From Clostridia bacterium (GTDB lineage Bacteria; Bacillota; Clostridia; Oscillospirales; CAG-272), in NCBI GenBank assembly GCA_024404975.1, contig JAKSPH010000001.1, forward strand, positions 1 to 59,110: a DNA stretch of 59,110 nucleotides. The letters run 5' to 3'. Position numbers and translations under genes: made by a program. Numbering within the stretch: the first letter of the stretch is position 1; each line of letters starts with the position of its first letter. Of this stretch, positions 8,967-18,323 are shown piece after piece. The notes beneath the pieces are model-generated. The model made no database searches and was not told the origin of the DNA. It saw nothing but the letters and a program-made list of their open reading frames with translations.

Positions 8967-9923
8967 ATGTCTGTCAAGCAAGAACTCCTTTCTCTTTTCG
9001 TTTCCGGAAAATGCCTTTCCGGTGAGGAGATCGCCGGAAAACTCGGAGTGACGCGCGCCGCCGTCTGGAAGGGCGTACAAGCCCTCATCGCGGAAGGTTA
9101 CCCCATCGAGTCCACCCCCGGCACGGGGTACCGCCTGGCGGAGAACGATCTGCTCTTCGCGGAGAAACTCAAACCCCTCTTGCCGCCGGAGATACAAAAC
9201 GTATTTTGCTTTTCCGAGACCGATTCCACCAACCGCCAAGCCAAACTATACGCCGAGGAGCATCCCGGCGCGTGCGCACTCTTTGTCGCGGACAGTCAGA
9301 CCGCGGGGCGGGGAAGGCGCGGTCATACCTTCGACAGTGCGGCGGGTGTCGGCATCTATATGAGTCTGCTTCTTTGCCCCACGCTACCGCCGGAACGTGC
9401 GATCCGTCTGACCACCTCGGCGGCGGTCGCGGTATGTAAGACCGTCGAGAAACTCACGGGCGCGAAAACGCAGATCAAATGGGTGAACGACGTGTATCTG
9501 AACGGAAAGAAAGCCGTCGGGATCCTGACCGAAGGAGCGTTCGACCTTGAAACGGGCGCATTCCGCTACGCCGTGATCGGCATCGGCATCAACGTCAAAG
9601 ACCGCGAATTCCCGGCCGAGATCGCCGCCACGGCAACGAGCATTGAAAAAGAAACCGGTATAGCACCGAACCGCGCGGAACTCATCGCGGGGATCGTAAG
9701 AGAACTGACGGAAACGCCGCCGGATTCTCCCTCCTTGACCGAGGAATACCGCAAACGGATGTTCCTGATCGGCAAGCGTGTGAACGTGCTTTCTCCCGCG
9801 GGGACTTACTCCGCCACGGTGCTCGGTGTCGGCGAAAACTGCGAACTGACCGTCAGGGACGAGGGCGGAAACGTTCTATTCCTCTCCTCCGGCGACGTCA
9901 GCATCCGTCCCGGTAAAAGTTAA
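8967..9923 (+). CDS. birA: bifunctional biotin-[acetyl-CoA-carboxylase] ligase / biotin operon repressor
   Basis: An N-terminal winged HTH (LSGEEIAGKLGVTRAAVWKGVQALIAEGYPIES) plus the ligase core (AGRGRRGHTF, KWVNDVY). AAAGGAG RBS at 8954-8960. The start was trimmed to ATG 8967. Confidence 0.85.
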   Translation: MSVKQELLSLFVSGKCLSGEEIAGKLGVTRAAVWKGVQALIAEGYPIESTPGTGYRLAENDLLFAEKLKPLLPPEIQNVFCFSETDSTNRQAKLYAEEHPGACALFVADSQTAGRGRRGHTFDSAAGVGIYMSLLLCPTLPPERAIRLTTSAAVAVCKTVEKLTGAKTQIKWVNDVYLNGKKAVGILTEGAFDLETGAFRYAVIGIGINVKDREFPAEIAATATSIEKETGIAPNRAELIAGIVRELTETPPDSPSLTEEYRKRMFLIGKRVNVLSPAGTYSATVLGVGENCELTVRDEGGNVLFLSSGDVSIRPGKS

Positions 9924-9957
9924 TATTTGTTTACATTTTCAGAAAAGAGTATTGTCC

Positions 9958-11448
9958 ATGAACACAAACGAAGTCCTCTCCGAATTGCTTGCCTACGCGG
10001 AAGCACACGGTTTGATCGAATCGACCGACGAGGCGTATGCCGCAAACCGCCTGCTCGAAGTCTGCCGGCTTACCGAGTTTGAGAAAGTCCCCGTCAAAGA
10101 GAATCGTCCTCTCTGCGCGATCCTCGCCGACCTCACCGACGACGCCGTGAAACGCGGGCGCATTGAGTCCGACACGGTGGTTTACCGCGATCTTTTCGAC
10201 ACCGCGGTGATGGGTGCGCTCTGCCCCCGCCCCTCGGAAGTCGTGCGCCGTTTCTATGATCTCTACAAGACCTCGCCCGAACAGGCGACGGACTATTTCT
10301 ACGCCCTTTGCTGTGACTCCAACTACATCCGCACCGACCGCATCGCGCGCGACCTCAAATGGAAAACCGCGTCCGAGTGGGGCGAGATCGACATCACGGT
10401 CAACCTCTCCAAACCCGAAAAGGACCCCAAGGCGATCGCGGCGGCGAAACTTCTCCCCCAAAGTGGCTACCCCAAGTGTTTGCTTTGCCATGAGAACGAA
10501 GGGTTTGAAGGAAACCTCTCCAAACCCGCGCGTCAGAACCTGCGTCAGATCCCCTTTGATATGGCGGGGAAACCGTGGTTCCTGCAATATTCCCCTTACG
10601 TCTACTACAACGAGCATTGCATTGCGCTTTCCGCGGAGCATACGCCCATGAAGATCGACCGGTCGAGTTTTGAAAAACTCCTCTCCTTCGTCACCTGCTT
10701 CCCGCACTACTTCATCGGGCAGAACGCGGATCTCCCCATCGTCGGCGGTTCCATCCTCTCGCACGACCACATGCAGGGCGGTCACTACACCTTCGCGATG
10801 GAACGCGCGCCCATCGACTGCCCTCTGACCTTCAAGGGGTATGAGAACGTCAAAGCCGGCATCGTCAAGTGGCCGATGTCCGTGCTGCGTCTGACCTCCG
10901 CGGACAAAACCGCGCTCGTTGATCTCGCGGACAAAATTCTGCTCAAATGGCGTTCCTATACCGACGAGAATGCCTTCATCTTTGCGGAAACGGACGGAGA
11001 GAAGCACAACACGATCACGCCGATCGCCCGCCGCAGAGGAGATCTCTTTGAACTCGATCTGGTTCTGCGCAACAACGTCACGACAGCGGAGCACCCGCTG
11101 GGCGTTTACCACCCCCACGCCGAGCATCACAATATCAAGAAAGAGAACATCGGTCTGATCGAAGTCATGGGACTTGCCGTTCTGCCGTCCCGCCTCAAAG
11201 CCGAGATGGCGCTGATGAAAGACGCGATCCTCGCGGGCAAGCCGTTCGCCGACGTTCCTGAAATCGAAAAGCACGCCGCGTGGTTTGAAAAGTTCCGCAA
11301 GGACTACACCTTCACGGCGGAGAACACGGAGGATATTCTGAAAGCCGAGATCGGCAAGACCTTCGTCCGCGTGCTGGAGGATGCCGGCGTTTACAAAGCC
11401 ACGCCCGAGGGACGTGCCGCCTTCCTCAAATTCACTTCTTCCTTATAA
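9958..11448 (+). CDS. galT: UDP-glucose--hexose-1-phosphate uridylyltransferase (type 2, Gram-positive GalT)
   Basis: ITVNLSKPEKDPKAIAAAK, NADLPIVGGSILSHDHMQGG, KENIGLIEVMGLAVLPSRLK and FVRVLEDAGVYK all match the streptococcal/bacillary GalT I recall. ATG 9958 is preferred over TTG 9952. Confidence 0.9.
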   Translation: MNTNEVLSELLAYAEAHGLIESTDEAYAANRLLEVCRLTEFEKVPVKENRPLCAILADLTDDAVKRGRIESDTVVYRDLFDTAVMGALCPRPSEVVRRFYDLYKTSPEQATDYFYALCCDSNYIRTDRIARDLKWKTASEWGEIDITVNLSKPEKDPKAIAAAKLLPQSGYPKCLLCHENEGFEGNLSKPARQNLRQIPFDMAGKPWFLQYSPYVYYNEHCIALSAEHTPMKIDRSSFEKLLSFVTCFPHYFIGQNADLPIVGGSILSHDHMQGGHYTFAMERAPIDCPLTFKGYENVKAGIVKWPMSVLRLTSADKTALVDLADKILLKWRSYTDENAFIFAETDGEKHNTITPIARRRGDLFELDLVLRNNVTTAEHPLGVYHPHAEHHNIKKENIGLIEVMGLAVLPSRLKAEMALMKDAILAGKPFADVPEIEKHAAWFEKFRKDYTFTAENTEDILKAEIGKTFVRVLEDAGVYKATPEGRAAFLKFTSSL

Positions 11449-11455
11449 AAAATTA

Positions 11456-11491
11456 CGGTGTTGAAAACACAGGGTTTTCAACACCGTTTTT
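11456..11491. terminator. bidirectional rho-independent terminator
   Basis: CGGTGTTGAAAAC-acagg-GTTTTCAACACCG forms a 13-bp stem. It is flanked by an A-run and a T-run and sits between convergent genes. Confidence 0.85.
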
Positions 11492-11507
11492 CTGTTGTCT
11501 GAAAGGT

Positions 11508-12259
11508 TCAGTTTTTGAAGCATTGCTTTTCCCATTTGCGGCTTTTCCATCTCGCGCGCATCAGGAAACAGCGCGTGAACTCGTCGAGCGCGGCACCGAT
11601 CCAATAGCCGACCAAGCCGAAACCGAGGACGGTTCCGAGCAGGTACGAGCCGAAGAATACGTAGAACGGCATGATGAATACGCCGATCAGAAGCGTGGCT
11701 TTGGCGTCGCTCGCGGTTTTGAGGCATCCGCCGTACACGCAGTTTCCCATCTGTCCGCTGATCCGCACGGCGTGGATCGCCATGATGACGGGGGCAAGGG
11801 CGAGAATGGCGGCATCGTCCGTCATCAGAGAGAGGATCGGAGCGACGAGCGAGATGAGCGCGGCATCCGCGCCGAGAGCGATGAGAACGCCGTAGAGGAA
11901 GGCGCGGTTCCGACCGCAGTGACGATCTGTTTTGTGAACAGGGCAAAGACGAGCGAGAAGATCCCGCCGACGGCGAGATTGAACAGAAGAGCGATGCGGA
12001 GCGTCCGCTTTGCCGTCCTTTGCTTTTCCGCGCCGACGTAGCGCGACATGATGGCGGCGGCACCGACCGAAACCACGGACAAAAGATTGTTGATGACCGC
12101 AAGATACGTGCCGGAAGCGCCGACCGCACCAACGGCGTTATCTCCGATGGAAGACACCATCGCCGTGTCGATGACACCGGTGAGGGTAACGAGGAAGGTT
12201 TCAAAAAAGATCGGGAAAAACAGATTTTTCAGCGATAACGGTTTCTTATCGGAAATCAT
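11508..12259 (-). pseudogene. MATE-family efflux transporter remnant (internal deletion plus frame change)
   Basis: The N-terminal roughly 115 aa (LFFPIFFETFLVTLTGVIDTAMVS...FTKQIVTAV) are in one frame. A C-terminal MATE segment (RNRAFLYGVLIALGADAALISLVAPILSLMTDDAAILALAP...GYWIGAALDEFTRCFLMRARWKSRKW) is in another frame. Together they cover about 250 of the roughly 450 aa expected. Confidence 0.75.
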
Positions 12260-12300
12260 GATATCCTCTTTTCGGAAGATCGGACCGTTTGCTGATTTGG

Positions 12301-14073
12301 TCAGCCGAAGAACGTATCCGAAAGTTTTTCGTCAAGAACGAATGCGGCATCTGCGCACCACGCTTGCAGGAGCGATCCGTCGGGGCGGGGTGCCGAGTAG
12401 AACTCGACCGGCGTGTAGTTTCCGTGTCCGATGCCGTAGGTGAAGAAGTTTTCAAGCACACCCCGCCACTCCATGCCGTGCTTGCGTTTGGCGAGGGCGT
12501 ACATCGACGTGAGGTGAGGCCAGTTTGCGCCGTTATGGTAATAGAACGGTTGGGACGACTTGTTGGTCGCCGAATCGTGTCCCTTGTAGAACGGATAGAC
12601 GCACATCGTGCCGAAATCGGGCATATCCCATTCGGGATGGTTTCGGACTTCAAGGATCTTTTCCATTTTTTCAAGAAGCGTGCGGGCGCGCTCTCCCTGC
12701 GCGATGCCGAACAAAACGGCAAACACGGTGTCGATCGACAGATTGTCCTGCACGGATTCCGCGCTCTTGCAGTTCACGTAATAACCGAGCGACTCGTCGA
12801 AGAGCAGATCGTTGATCGCCTTCTTGATCTTCTTTGCTTCCGCGCGGTAAAAGTCCCCTTTTCCGTCCCCGACAAGGTCGGAGAGATACGCCATGCAGTC
12901 GTGGGCGCGGGCATAGAGGATCTCGTCGTAGGTCACATACCCCTCGCGGTTGACTTCGTCCGCCCAATCGCGCTTGTTGTACTTGCCCGCCTTGAAGAGC
13001 AGGCCGGTGTCGTCCGCGTGCGTACGCAGGGTGCAAAGCGCGGCGGTGAGAGTTTCGTGCAGGGTGCGCCCGCCCGGAAGTTTTTCGGAAAGCAGTGCGC
13101 GGTCGCCGGTATATTTCACGTAATCGTGCGCCATCATCACGAGGAATGAGGGCGAGTCGAAATGATTTCCCCAATGGGCGGAATAATCCGCTCTGACCGC
13201 CGAGGGGCAGTTTCCGTCCTCACCGATCCCGCGGGCGAGTGTCAGCACCTGCGCACGGATGAGTTCGGGGTGCGACGGGTACAGGGGCAGGACCGTGAAG
13301 TAGGAATCGCGGTAGTACGTCCGCATGGGATACAGGTAGCGGTGTCCCGCCATAAATCCGCGGTAATCCCCCGCTTCCTTATAGTTTTCGTACGCGCAGA
13401 ACCACGCGCTCCGGTACATCGCCTTTTCGGTTTCGGAAAGTCCTTCGGGGAACACGACGGCGCGGATCTCCGCGTCACAATCGGCAAGATAGGTTTCGTA
13501 TTTTTCCGCGGCGTCCCGCGCGGTTTCGGGGGAAACGTCAAATCCCATAAAGAATCCGACCTTCCCGCCGGGGGCGAGAGAAGCGGAAAGCATACCGTTT
13601 TCGGGGACGTAACGCGACGGCGCGGAAACCGCCGCCGAGACAGGTTTGATCTGATAAGGAACGACGTCCCGATCTTCGGTTCCGAACAGGTGCGAGCGGT
13701 CGCAGATGCCGATTTCGAGGACGTCCGCCGGACTTTGCGACGTGAACTGCGCCGTGAGGAAATAGCCGGGCAGGTGTTTGTCAAGGAAAAGGGTCACGGC
13801 AACCGTCCTGCCGCCGTCGGTCGTTTCGAACGTCTGTTTTCTGCCTGCCATACGGACGGTTTTGGGGGAGAGAACGTCCCACGGGCAACCGTTCAGCGTC
13901 AATACAAGATACGCCTCCGTATCCTCCGCCTGTTTCCCGCCGAGGGCGACGGACGGCACGGCACCGAGTCCGTCGAAAACGGCGCTCATACAGTCGTTCG
14001 AAACGTGATAGACCGACTTTTCAAAGTATCTGCCGGAGAGAAGGATATCGCCGTTATCAAAAGTGGCTTTCAT
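12301..14073 (-). CDS. (alpha/alpha)6-barrel glycoside hydrolase, GDE_C / GH63-like family
   Basis: An intact 590-aa ORF. The C-terminal region (YYHNGANWPHLTSMYALA...LLQAWCADAAF) resembles the amylo-alpha-1,6-glucosidase-type catalytic domain. Substrate specificity cannot be assigned. Confidence 0.55.
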   Translation of the reverse strand: MKATFDNGDILLSGRYFEKSVYHVSNDCMSAVFDGLGAVPSVALGGKQAEDTEAYLVLTLNGCPWDVLSPKTVRMAGRKQTFETTDGGRTVAVTLFLDKHLPGYFLTAQFTSQSPADVLEIGICDRSHLFGTEDRDVVPYQIKPVSAAVSAPSRYVPENGMLSASLAPGGKVGFFMGFDVSPETARDAAEKYETYLADCDAEIRAVVFPEGLSETEKAMYRSAWFCAYENYKEAGDYRGFMAGHRYLYPMRTYYRDSYFTVLPLYPSHPELIRAQVLTLARGIGEDGNCPSAVRADYSAHWGNHFDSPSFLVMMAHDYVKYTGDRALLSEKLPGGRTLHETLTAALCTLRTHADDTGLLFKAGKYNKRDWADEVNREGYVTYDEILYARAHDCMAYLSDLVGDGKGDFYRAEAKKIKKAINDLLFDESLGYYVNCKSAESVQDNLSIDTVFAVLFGIAQGERARTLLEKMEKILEVRNHPEWDMPDFGTMCVYPFYKGHDSATNKSSQPFYYHNGANWPHLTSMYALAKRKHGMEWRGVLENFFTYGIGHGNYTPVEFYSAPRPDGSLLQAWCADAAFVLDEKLSDTFFG

Positions 14074-14101
14074 TAATCCGTGATCCTTTCGTAAAAATCA
14101 C

Positions 14102-14335
14102 TCAAAGCAACGTCAAACGCACTCTGCCGCCCGCGGTGTGGCGGTTCAGCGCTTTGACACCGGCGGAAACCGTTTCGGCGGTTTCTTCCGGCATACGGCG
14201 GAAGAATCCGGGCTTTTCCGCTTCATGCAGACCGTAGATGCGGAACGGCGCTTCTCTGACGTCATAGAACTCGGTGTCCCCACGGTTCACCGCGCTGTCG
14301 CTTTTGAAATTAGGATCTATTTCTTCGATTCTCAT
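14102..14335 (-). pseudogene. N-terminal fragment (77 aa) of an SGNH/GDSL esterase with an N-terminal beta-sandwich domain
   Basis: MRIEEIDPNFKSD...FYDVREAPFRIYGL...FFRRMPEETAETVSAGVKALNRHTAGGRVR matches the N-terminus of longer SGNH esterases. It then terminates 28 nt before the next gene, and the catalytic GDS block is absent. Confidence 0.5.
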
Positions 14336-14338
14336 CAG

Positions 14339-14654
14339 TCAGTCCTTCTTTTTCAGTATTCTGCACCCGAAGGGCGGAAGTGTCAGTTTGCGTTCGGTGA
14401 CGGGTTCCCGTGTTTCAAGATCGGTCGCAGGGACCGCTGTTCCGAGGTCGACGGTCTTTTCTTCCGACGTGTAGTTGCCGATGAAGATATATCTGTCCTC
14501 ACCGTCCGCTCTTTCGTGGGCGCTCACGCCGTAGGGGAGCGGAGAACAAGCGCATATCCTCGTCCCAAACGGTCTTGTCCGGCAGCCACTGTTCGGGATT
14601 GTAATCCGCACCGTGAAGAAAACGGCGGAACGAATCGTCGATGTACTTTCTCAA
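14339..14654 (-). pseudogene. GH42 beta-galactosidase remnant (N-terminal about 35 aa fused out of frame to C-terminal about 60 aa)
   Basis: AAGGAG plus TTG 14654 gives RKYIDDSFRRFLHGADYNPEQWLPDKTVWDEDMRL, a GH42 N-terminal signature. A second frame gives LPYGVSAHERADGEDRYIFIGNYTSEEKTVDLG...LTLPPFGCRILKK, a GH42 C-terminal beta-sandwich. About 550 aa are missing. Confidence 0.7.
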
Positions 14655-14724
14655 AATGCTTCTCCTTATGGAAGAAAAACCCGGTTTTGACAAGTTTTGT
14701 TTGCAAAATCGGGTTTTATTTGTG

Positions 14725-17700
14725 TTATACTTTTTCTACGGAAACCGTTACGGTCTCACCGTTGACGTTCCATTCCTTGGCGTTTGCGAGCGTGCGGTCG
14801 GTGAAGAGTTCTTCGCCGAGAGTTTCGTCAAGGATCTGCGCCTTGTTGCGGAGGGCAACGGCGGCGACCTTCTCGTTTCCGGTGAAGGCGACGCGGATGT
14901 GATCGGTCACTTCAAAACCGGAATCCTTACGCATGGTCTGGATCTTGGAGATGATCTCGCGGACGTTTCCTTCCTCGATGAGTTCGGGAGTCAAGGTCTT
15001 GTCGATGACAACGGTGATACCCTTGTCGGCAAGAGATTCAAAGCCCTCTTTCTTGCTCATCTCGATGAGAAGGTCGTCTTTGGTGAGTTCGGCTACGGTG
15101 TCGCCGCACGTGAGTTTAAGAACGCCGTTTGCGTTCAGTTCATCCATGGCGGCATTGCCGTCAAGTTCTGTGAGCGCGGTGCGGATCTGTCCCAGGATCT
15201 TACCGTATTTCGGACCTACGGTGCGGAGCTGGGGCTTGAAGGAATAGGTCGTGAACTCACGGACGGAGTCGGTGAAGATGACCTCTTTGACGTTGAGTTC
15301 GTCTGCGATAACGGGGAGGAACTCGCCGTCGGGCGTCTTTTCCGCGCATACGAACATACGGGCGACGGGCTGACGGTTCTTGATGGCGGCGGCGTTTCTT
15401 GCGGCTCTGCCGAGAACGACGACGGCGATGACTTCTTCCATGTTGTCTTCCAGCGTCTTGTTGACGAGAGATTCGTCGCAGACAGGGAAGCTGCAGAGGT
15501 GTACGGATACGGGTGCGGTCTTATCTACGGAACCGACGAGATTGCGGTAAATATCTTCCGCCATGAAGGGAATGAAGGGCGCGGAGAGTTTCGCCACGGT
15601 GACAAGGGAAGTATAGAGCGTCATGTAGGCGTTGACCTTGTCTTCGGGCATATCCTTGACCCAATATCTCTCACGGCAGCGGCGGACGTACCAGTTGGAA
15701 AGGTCGTCCACAAATTCTTCAAGAACTCTCGTGGCTTCGGGGATCTTGTAAACGGCGAGGTTCTCGTCTACGGCTTTGACCGCGGAATTGAGTTTGGAGA
15801 GGATCCATCTGTCCATAACGGAAAGCGTCTTTTCGTTCATCCGATACTTCGTCGGATCGAATCCGTCGATGTTCGCGTACAGAACGTAGAACGCGTAGGT
15901 GTTCCAGAGGGTTCCCATGAACTTTCTCTGTCCCTCAACGACGGCTTCCTTATAGAAGCGGTTGGGGAGCCAGGGCGCGGAGTTGGAATAGAAGTACCAA
16001 CGGATGGCATCGGCGCCGAATTCTTCAAGCGCCTGGAACGGATCGACCGCGTTGCCCTTGGACTTGGACATCTTCTGACCGTCCTTATCGAGGACGTGAC
16101 CGAGAACGAGAACGTTCTTGTAGGGCGCCTTGTCGAAGATGAGCGTGGAGATCGCCATCAGAGAATAGAACCAGCCGCGCGTCTGATCGACGCCTTCACT
16201 GATGAAGTCGGCGGGGAACTGCTCTTCAAAGGTTTCTTTGTTTTCAAACGGATAGTGCCACTGTGCGAAGGGCATGGAGCCGGAGTCGAACCAGCAGTCG
16301 ATCACTTCGCTGACACGTTTCATCTGACCGCCGCACTTGGGGCAACGGATGGTGACCGCGTCGATGAAGGGGCGGTGGAGTTCGATGTTTTCGGGGCAGT
16401 TGTCGGACATGGAACGGAGTTCCTCAATGGAACCGATCGCGTGACGGTGTCCGCAGGAACATTCCCAAATGGGAAGGGGCGTACCCCAATAGCGGTTTCT
16501 CGAAAGTCCCCAGTCCTGGATGTTTTCGAGCCAGTCGCCGAAACGTCCTTTACCGATGTTTTCGGGGATCCAATTTACAGTGTTGTTGTTGCGGATGAGG
16601 TTTTCGCGCACGGCGGTCATTTTGATGAACCACGACTCACGCGCATAGTAGATGAGAGGCGTGTTGCAGCGCCAGCAGTGGGGATATTCATGCTCGAACT
16701 TGGGAGCGGCGAAGAGTTTGCCCTCTTTTTCAAGATCGGTCAGAACGAGGGGATCGGCTTTCTTTACGAAAATTCCGGCATAGGGAGTTTCCGCGGTGAG
16801 GTTGCCTTTTCCGTCAACGAACTGAACGAAGGGAAGGTCGTATTTTTTGCCGACACGGGAGTCGTCTTCACCGAACGCGGGTGCGATATGGACGATACCG
16901 GTACCGTCGGACATGGTGACGTAGGAGTCGCATGTGACGAAATGCGCCTTCTTGTTCTGGCGTTTCGCGCTCTCGCCCGCACAGGCAAAGAGGGGTTCGT
17001 AGGAGCGGTTTTCGAGTGCCGCGCCCGTCATTTCCTCAAGCACTTCGTAAGCGGGTGCGCCGTCTTTGGCAAGAGGAGCGAGAACGGTGTCCGCAAGTGC
17101 TTTCGCGAGATAGTAGGTGTAGCCGTCTGCGGCTTTGACTTTCAGATAGGTGTCCGCGGGGTTCACGCAAAGCGCGACGTTGGAAGGAAGCGTCCAGGGC
17201 GTGGTCGTCCATGCGAGGAAGTACGCGTCCTCGTCCGTGCAACGGAATCTGACGATCGCGGAACGCTCTTTGACGGTCTTATATCCCTGCGCGACTTCGT
17301 GAGAGGAGAGCGGGGTACCGCAGCGGGGGCAGTAGGGAACGATCTTGAAACCTTTGTAAAGCAGGTCTTTGTCAAAGATCTTCTTCAACGCCCACCATTC
17401 GGATTCGATGAAGTTATTGGTATAGGTGACGTAGGGGTGTTCCATATCCGCCCAGAAACCGACGGTAGCGGAGAAATCTTCCCACATCTTCTTGTATTTC
17501 CAAACGGACTCTTTGCAGTGACCGATGAAGGGTTCAAGACCGTATTTCTCGATCTGATCCTTTCCGTCGATGCCGAGAGATTTCTCGACTTCGAGTTCTA
17601 CGGGCAAGCCGTGGGTGTCCCATCCGGCTTTACGCGGAACGCGCATCCCTTTCATGGTCTGATAACGGGGGATCATATCCTTGATGACACGGGTAAGGAC

Positions 17701-17883
17701 GTGTCCGATATGCGGTTTTCCGTTGGCTGTGGGGGGACCGTCGTAGAAAGTGAACGTAGCGGCTTTCTTGCGGGAATCAATGCTCTTTTCGAACACCTGA
17801 TTGTCTTCCCAGAACTGTTTGGTCGCCTTTTCTCTCTCGACGAAATTCAGATTCGCGGATACTTTTCCGTAAATTTCGCTCAT
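14725..17883 (-). CDS. ileS: isoleucine--tRNA ligase, type 2
   Basis: MSEIYGKVSANLNFVEREK...FYDGPPTANGKPHIGHVLTR (HIGH motif) and KMSKSKGN (KMSKS motif). The protein is 1052 aa. The start was trimmed to ATG 17883. Confidence 0.95.
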   Translation of the reverse strand: MSEIYGKVSANLNFVEREKATKQFWEDNQVFEKSIDSRKKAATFTFYDGPPTANGKPHIGHVLTRVIKDMIPRYQTMKGMRVPRKAGWDTHGLPVELEVEKSLGIDGKDQIEKYGLEPFIGHCKESVWKYKKMWEDFSATVGFWADMEHPYVTYTNNFIESEWWALKKIFDKDLLYKGFKIVPYCPRCGTPLSSHEVAQGYKTVKERSAIVRFRCTDEDAYFLAWTTTPWTLPSNVALCVNPADTYLKVKAADGYTYYLAKALADTVLAPLAKDGAPAYEVLEEMTGAALENRSYEPLFACAGESAKRQNKKAHFVTCDSYVTMSDGTGIVHIAPAFGEDDSRVGKKYDLPFVQFVDGKGNLTAETPYAGIFVKKADPLVLTDLEKEGKLFAAPKFEHEYPHCWRCNTPLIYYARESWFIKMTAVRENLIRNNNTVNWIPENIGKGRFGDWLENIQDWGLSRNRYWGTPLPIWECSCGHRHAIGSIEELRSMSDNCPENIELHRPFIDAVTIRCPKCGGQMKRVSEVIDCWFDSGSMPFAQWHYPFENKETFEEQFPADFISEGVDQTRGWFYSLMAISTLIFDKAPYKNVLVLGHVLDKDGQKMSKSKGNAVDPFQALEEFGADAIRWYFYSNSAPWLPNRFYKEAVVEGQRKFMGTLWNTYAFYVLYANIDGFDPTKYRMNEKTLSVMDRWILSKLNSAVKAVDENLAVYKIPEATRVLEEFVDDLSNWYVRRCRERYWVKDMPEDKVNAYMTLYTSLVTVAKLSAPFIPFMAEDIYRNLVGSVDKTAPVSVHLCSFPVCDESLVNKTLEDNMEEVIAVVVLGRAARNAAAIKNRQPVARMFVCAEKTPDGEFLPVIADELNVKEVIFTDSVREFTTYSFKPQLRTVGPKYGKILGQIRTALTELDGNAAMDELNANGVLKLTCGDTVAELTKDDLLIEMSKKEGFESLADKGITVVIDKTLTPELIEEGNVREIISKIQTMRKDSGFEVTDHIRVAFTGNEKVAAVALRNKAQILDETLGEELFTDRTLANAKEWNVNGETVTVSVEKV

Positions 17884-17923
17884 TGGAAAAAACTCCTTTA
17901 TATAAATTATTATTTTCAGCAAT

Positions 17924-18152
17924 AAAAAAATCCCGTTCCGACGGAACAGGACAAAGAACTATTCTTTGCAACCACCTGAAACATATCGCACGAATATGCG
18001 CCCGATTACGGAGGCACCGTCGTTTCTTACTCGCTTCGGAAACGCAACTCGGAAGTGATTTTCGGGAAAAGACATCATGCCGGCTCACACCGTACCCGGC
18101 TCGCTGATTGAAGGCGCTTTCCGTACTCTCTTCGTCACAGTCTTTGGTTTTC
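17924..18152 (-). promoter_or_regulatory. T-box leader (Ile specifier) with an intrinsic terminator
   Basis: On the reverse strand I read the expected elements:
- a GAAGAGAGTA AG-box;
- a GGTGTGAGCCGG distal-loop-like element;
- specifier ATC followed by A (plus-strand 18057-18059);
- CCGTAA, F-box-like;
- T-box core CAGGTGGTTGC (CCACC at 17972-17976);
- terminator CCTGTTC-cgtcg-GAACGGG plus a T7 run (17924-17950). Confidence 0.8.
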
Positions 18153-18158
18153 ATACAC

Positions 18159-18187
18159 ATTATAAACCTTTATGCACGTAAAGTCAA
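18159..18187 (-). promoter_or_regulatory. sigma-A type promoter of the ileS T-box leader
   Basis: On the reverse strand: TTGACT (18187-18182), a 17-nt spacer, then TATAAT (18164-18159). Confidence 0.65.
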
Positions 18188-18323
18188 GTATTTTTTTGCA
18201 CGCGACCCGAAATCTTTTTCCGATTTTTCCCTCTCACTTCGGTGCCGCCGGAACTTGACTTTTCAATTAAAATATGATACACTTAACGTAACACATATAT
18301 TTTACAGAAAGCCGAATACAAAT

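Noticed and set aside
14641-17925. A 1094-aa plus-strand ORF, plus similar very long ORFs at 1138..2613 (-), 4189..5664 (-), 5848..7050 (-), 7187..8839 (-), 9931..11274 (-), 18690..19907 (-), 32030..33103 (-), 38753..40093 (-), 41632..43050 (-), 43436..45460 (-), 48034..49461 (-), 51176..53224 (+) and 54668..55801 (+).
   Set aside because: Each lies antisense to a gene with unambiguous conserved motifs (ileS, rhaB, permease, galT, ATPase, addA, dnaN, gyrB, gyrA, rnj and others). Their translations are low-complexity and rich in G, R, D, E, V and F, as expected of shadow frames, and none has a plausible RBS.
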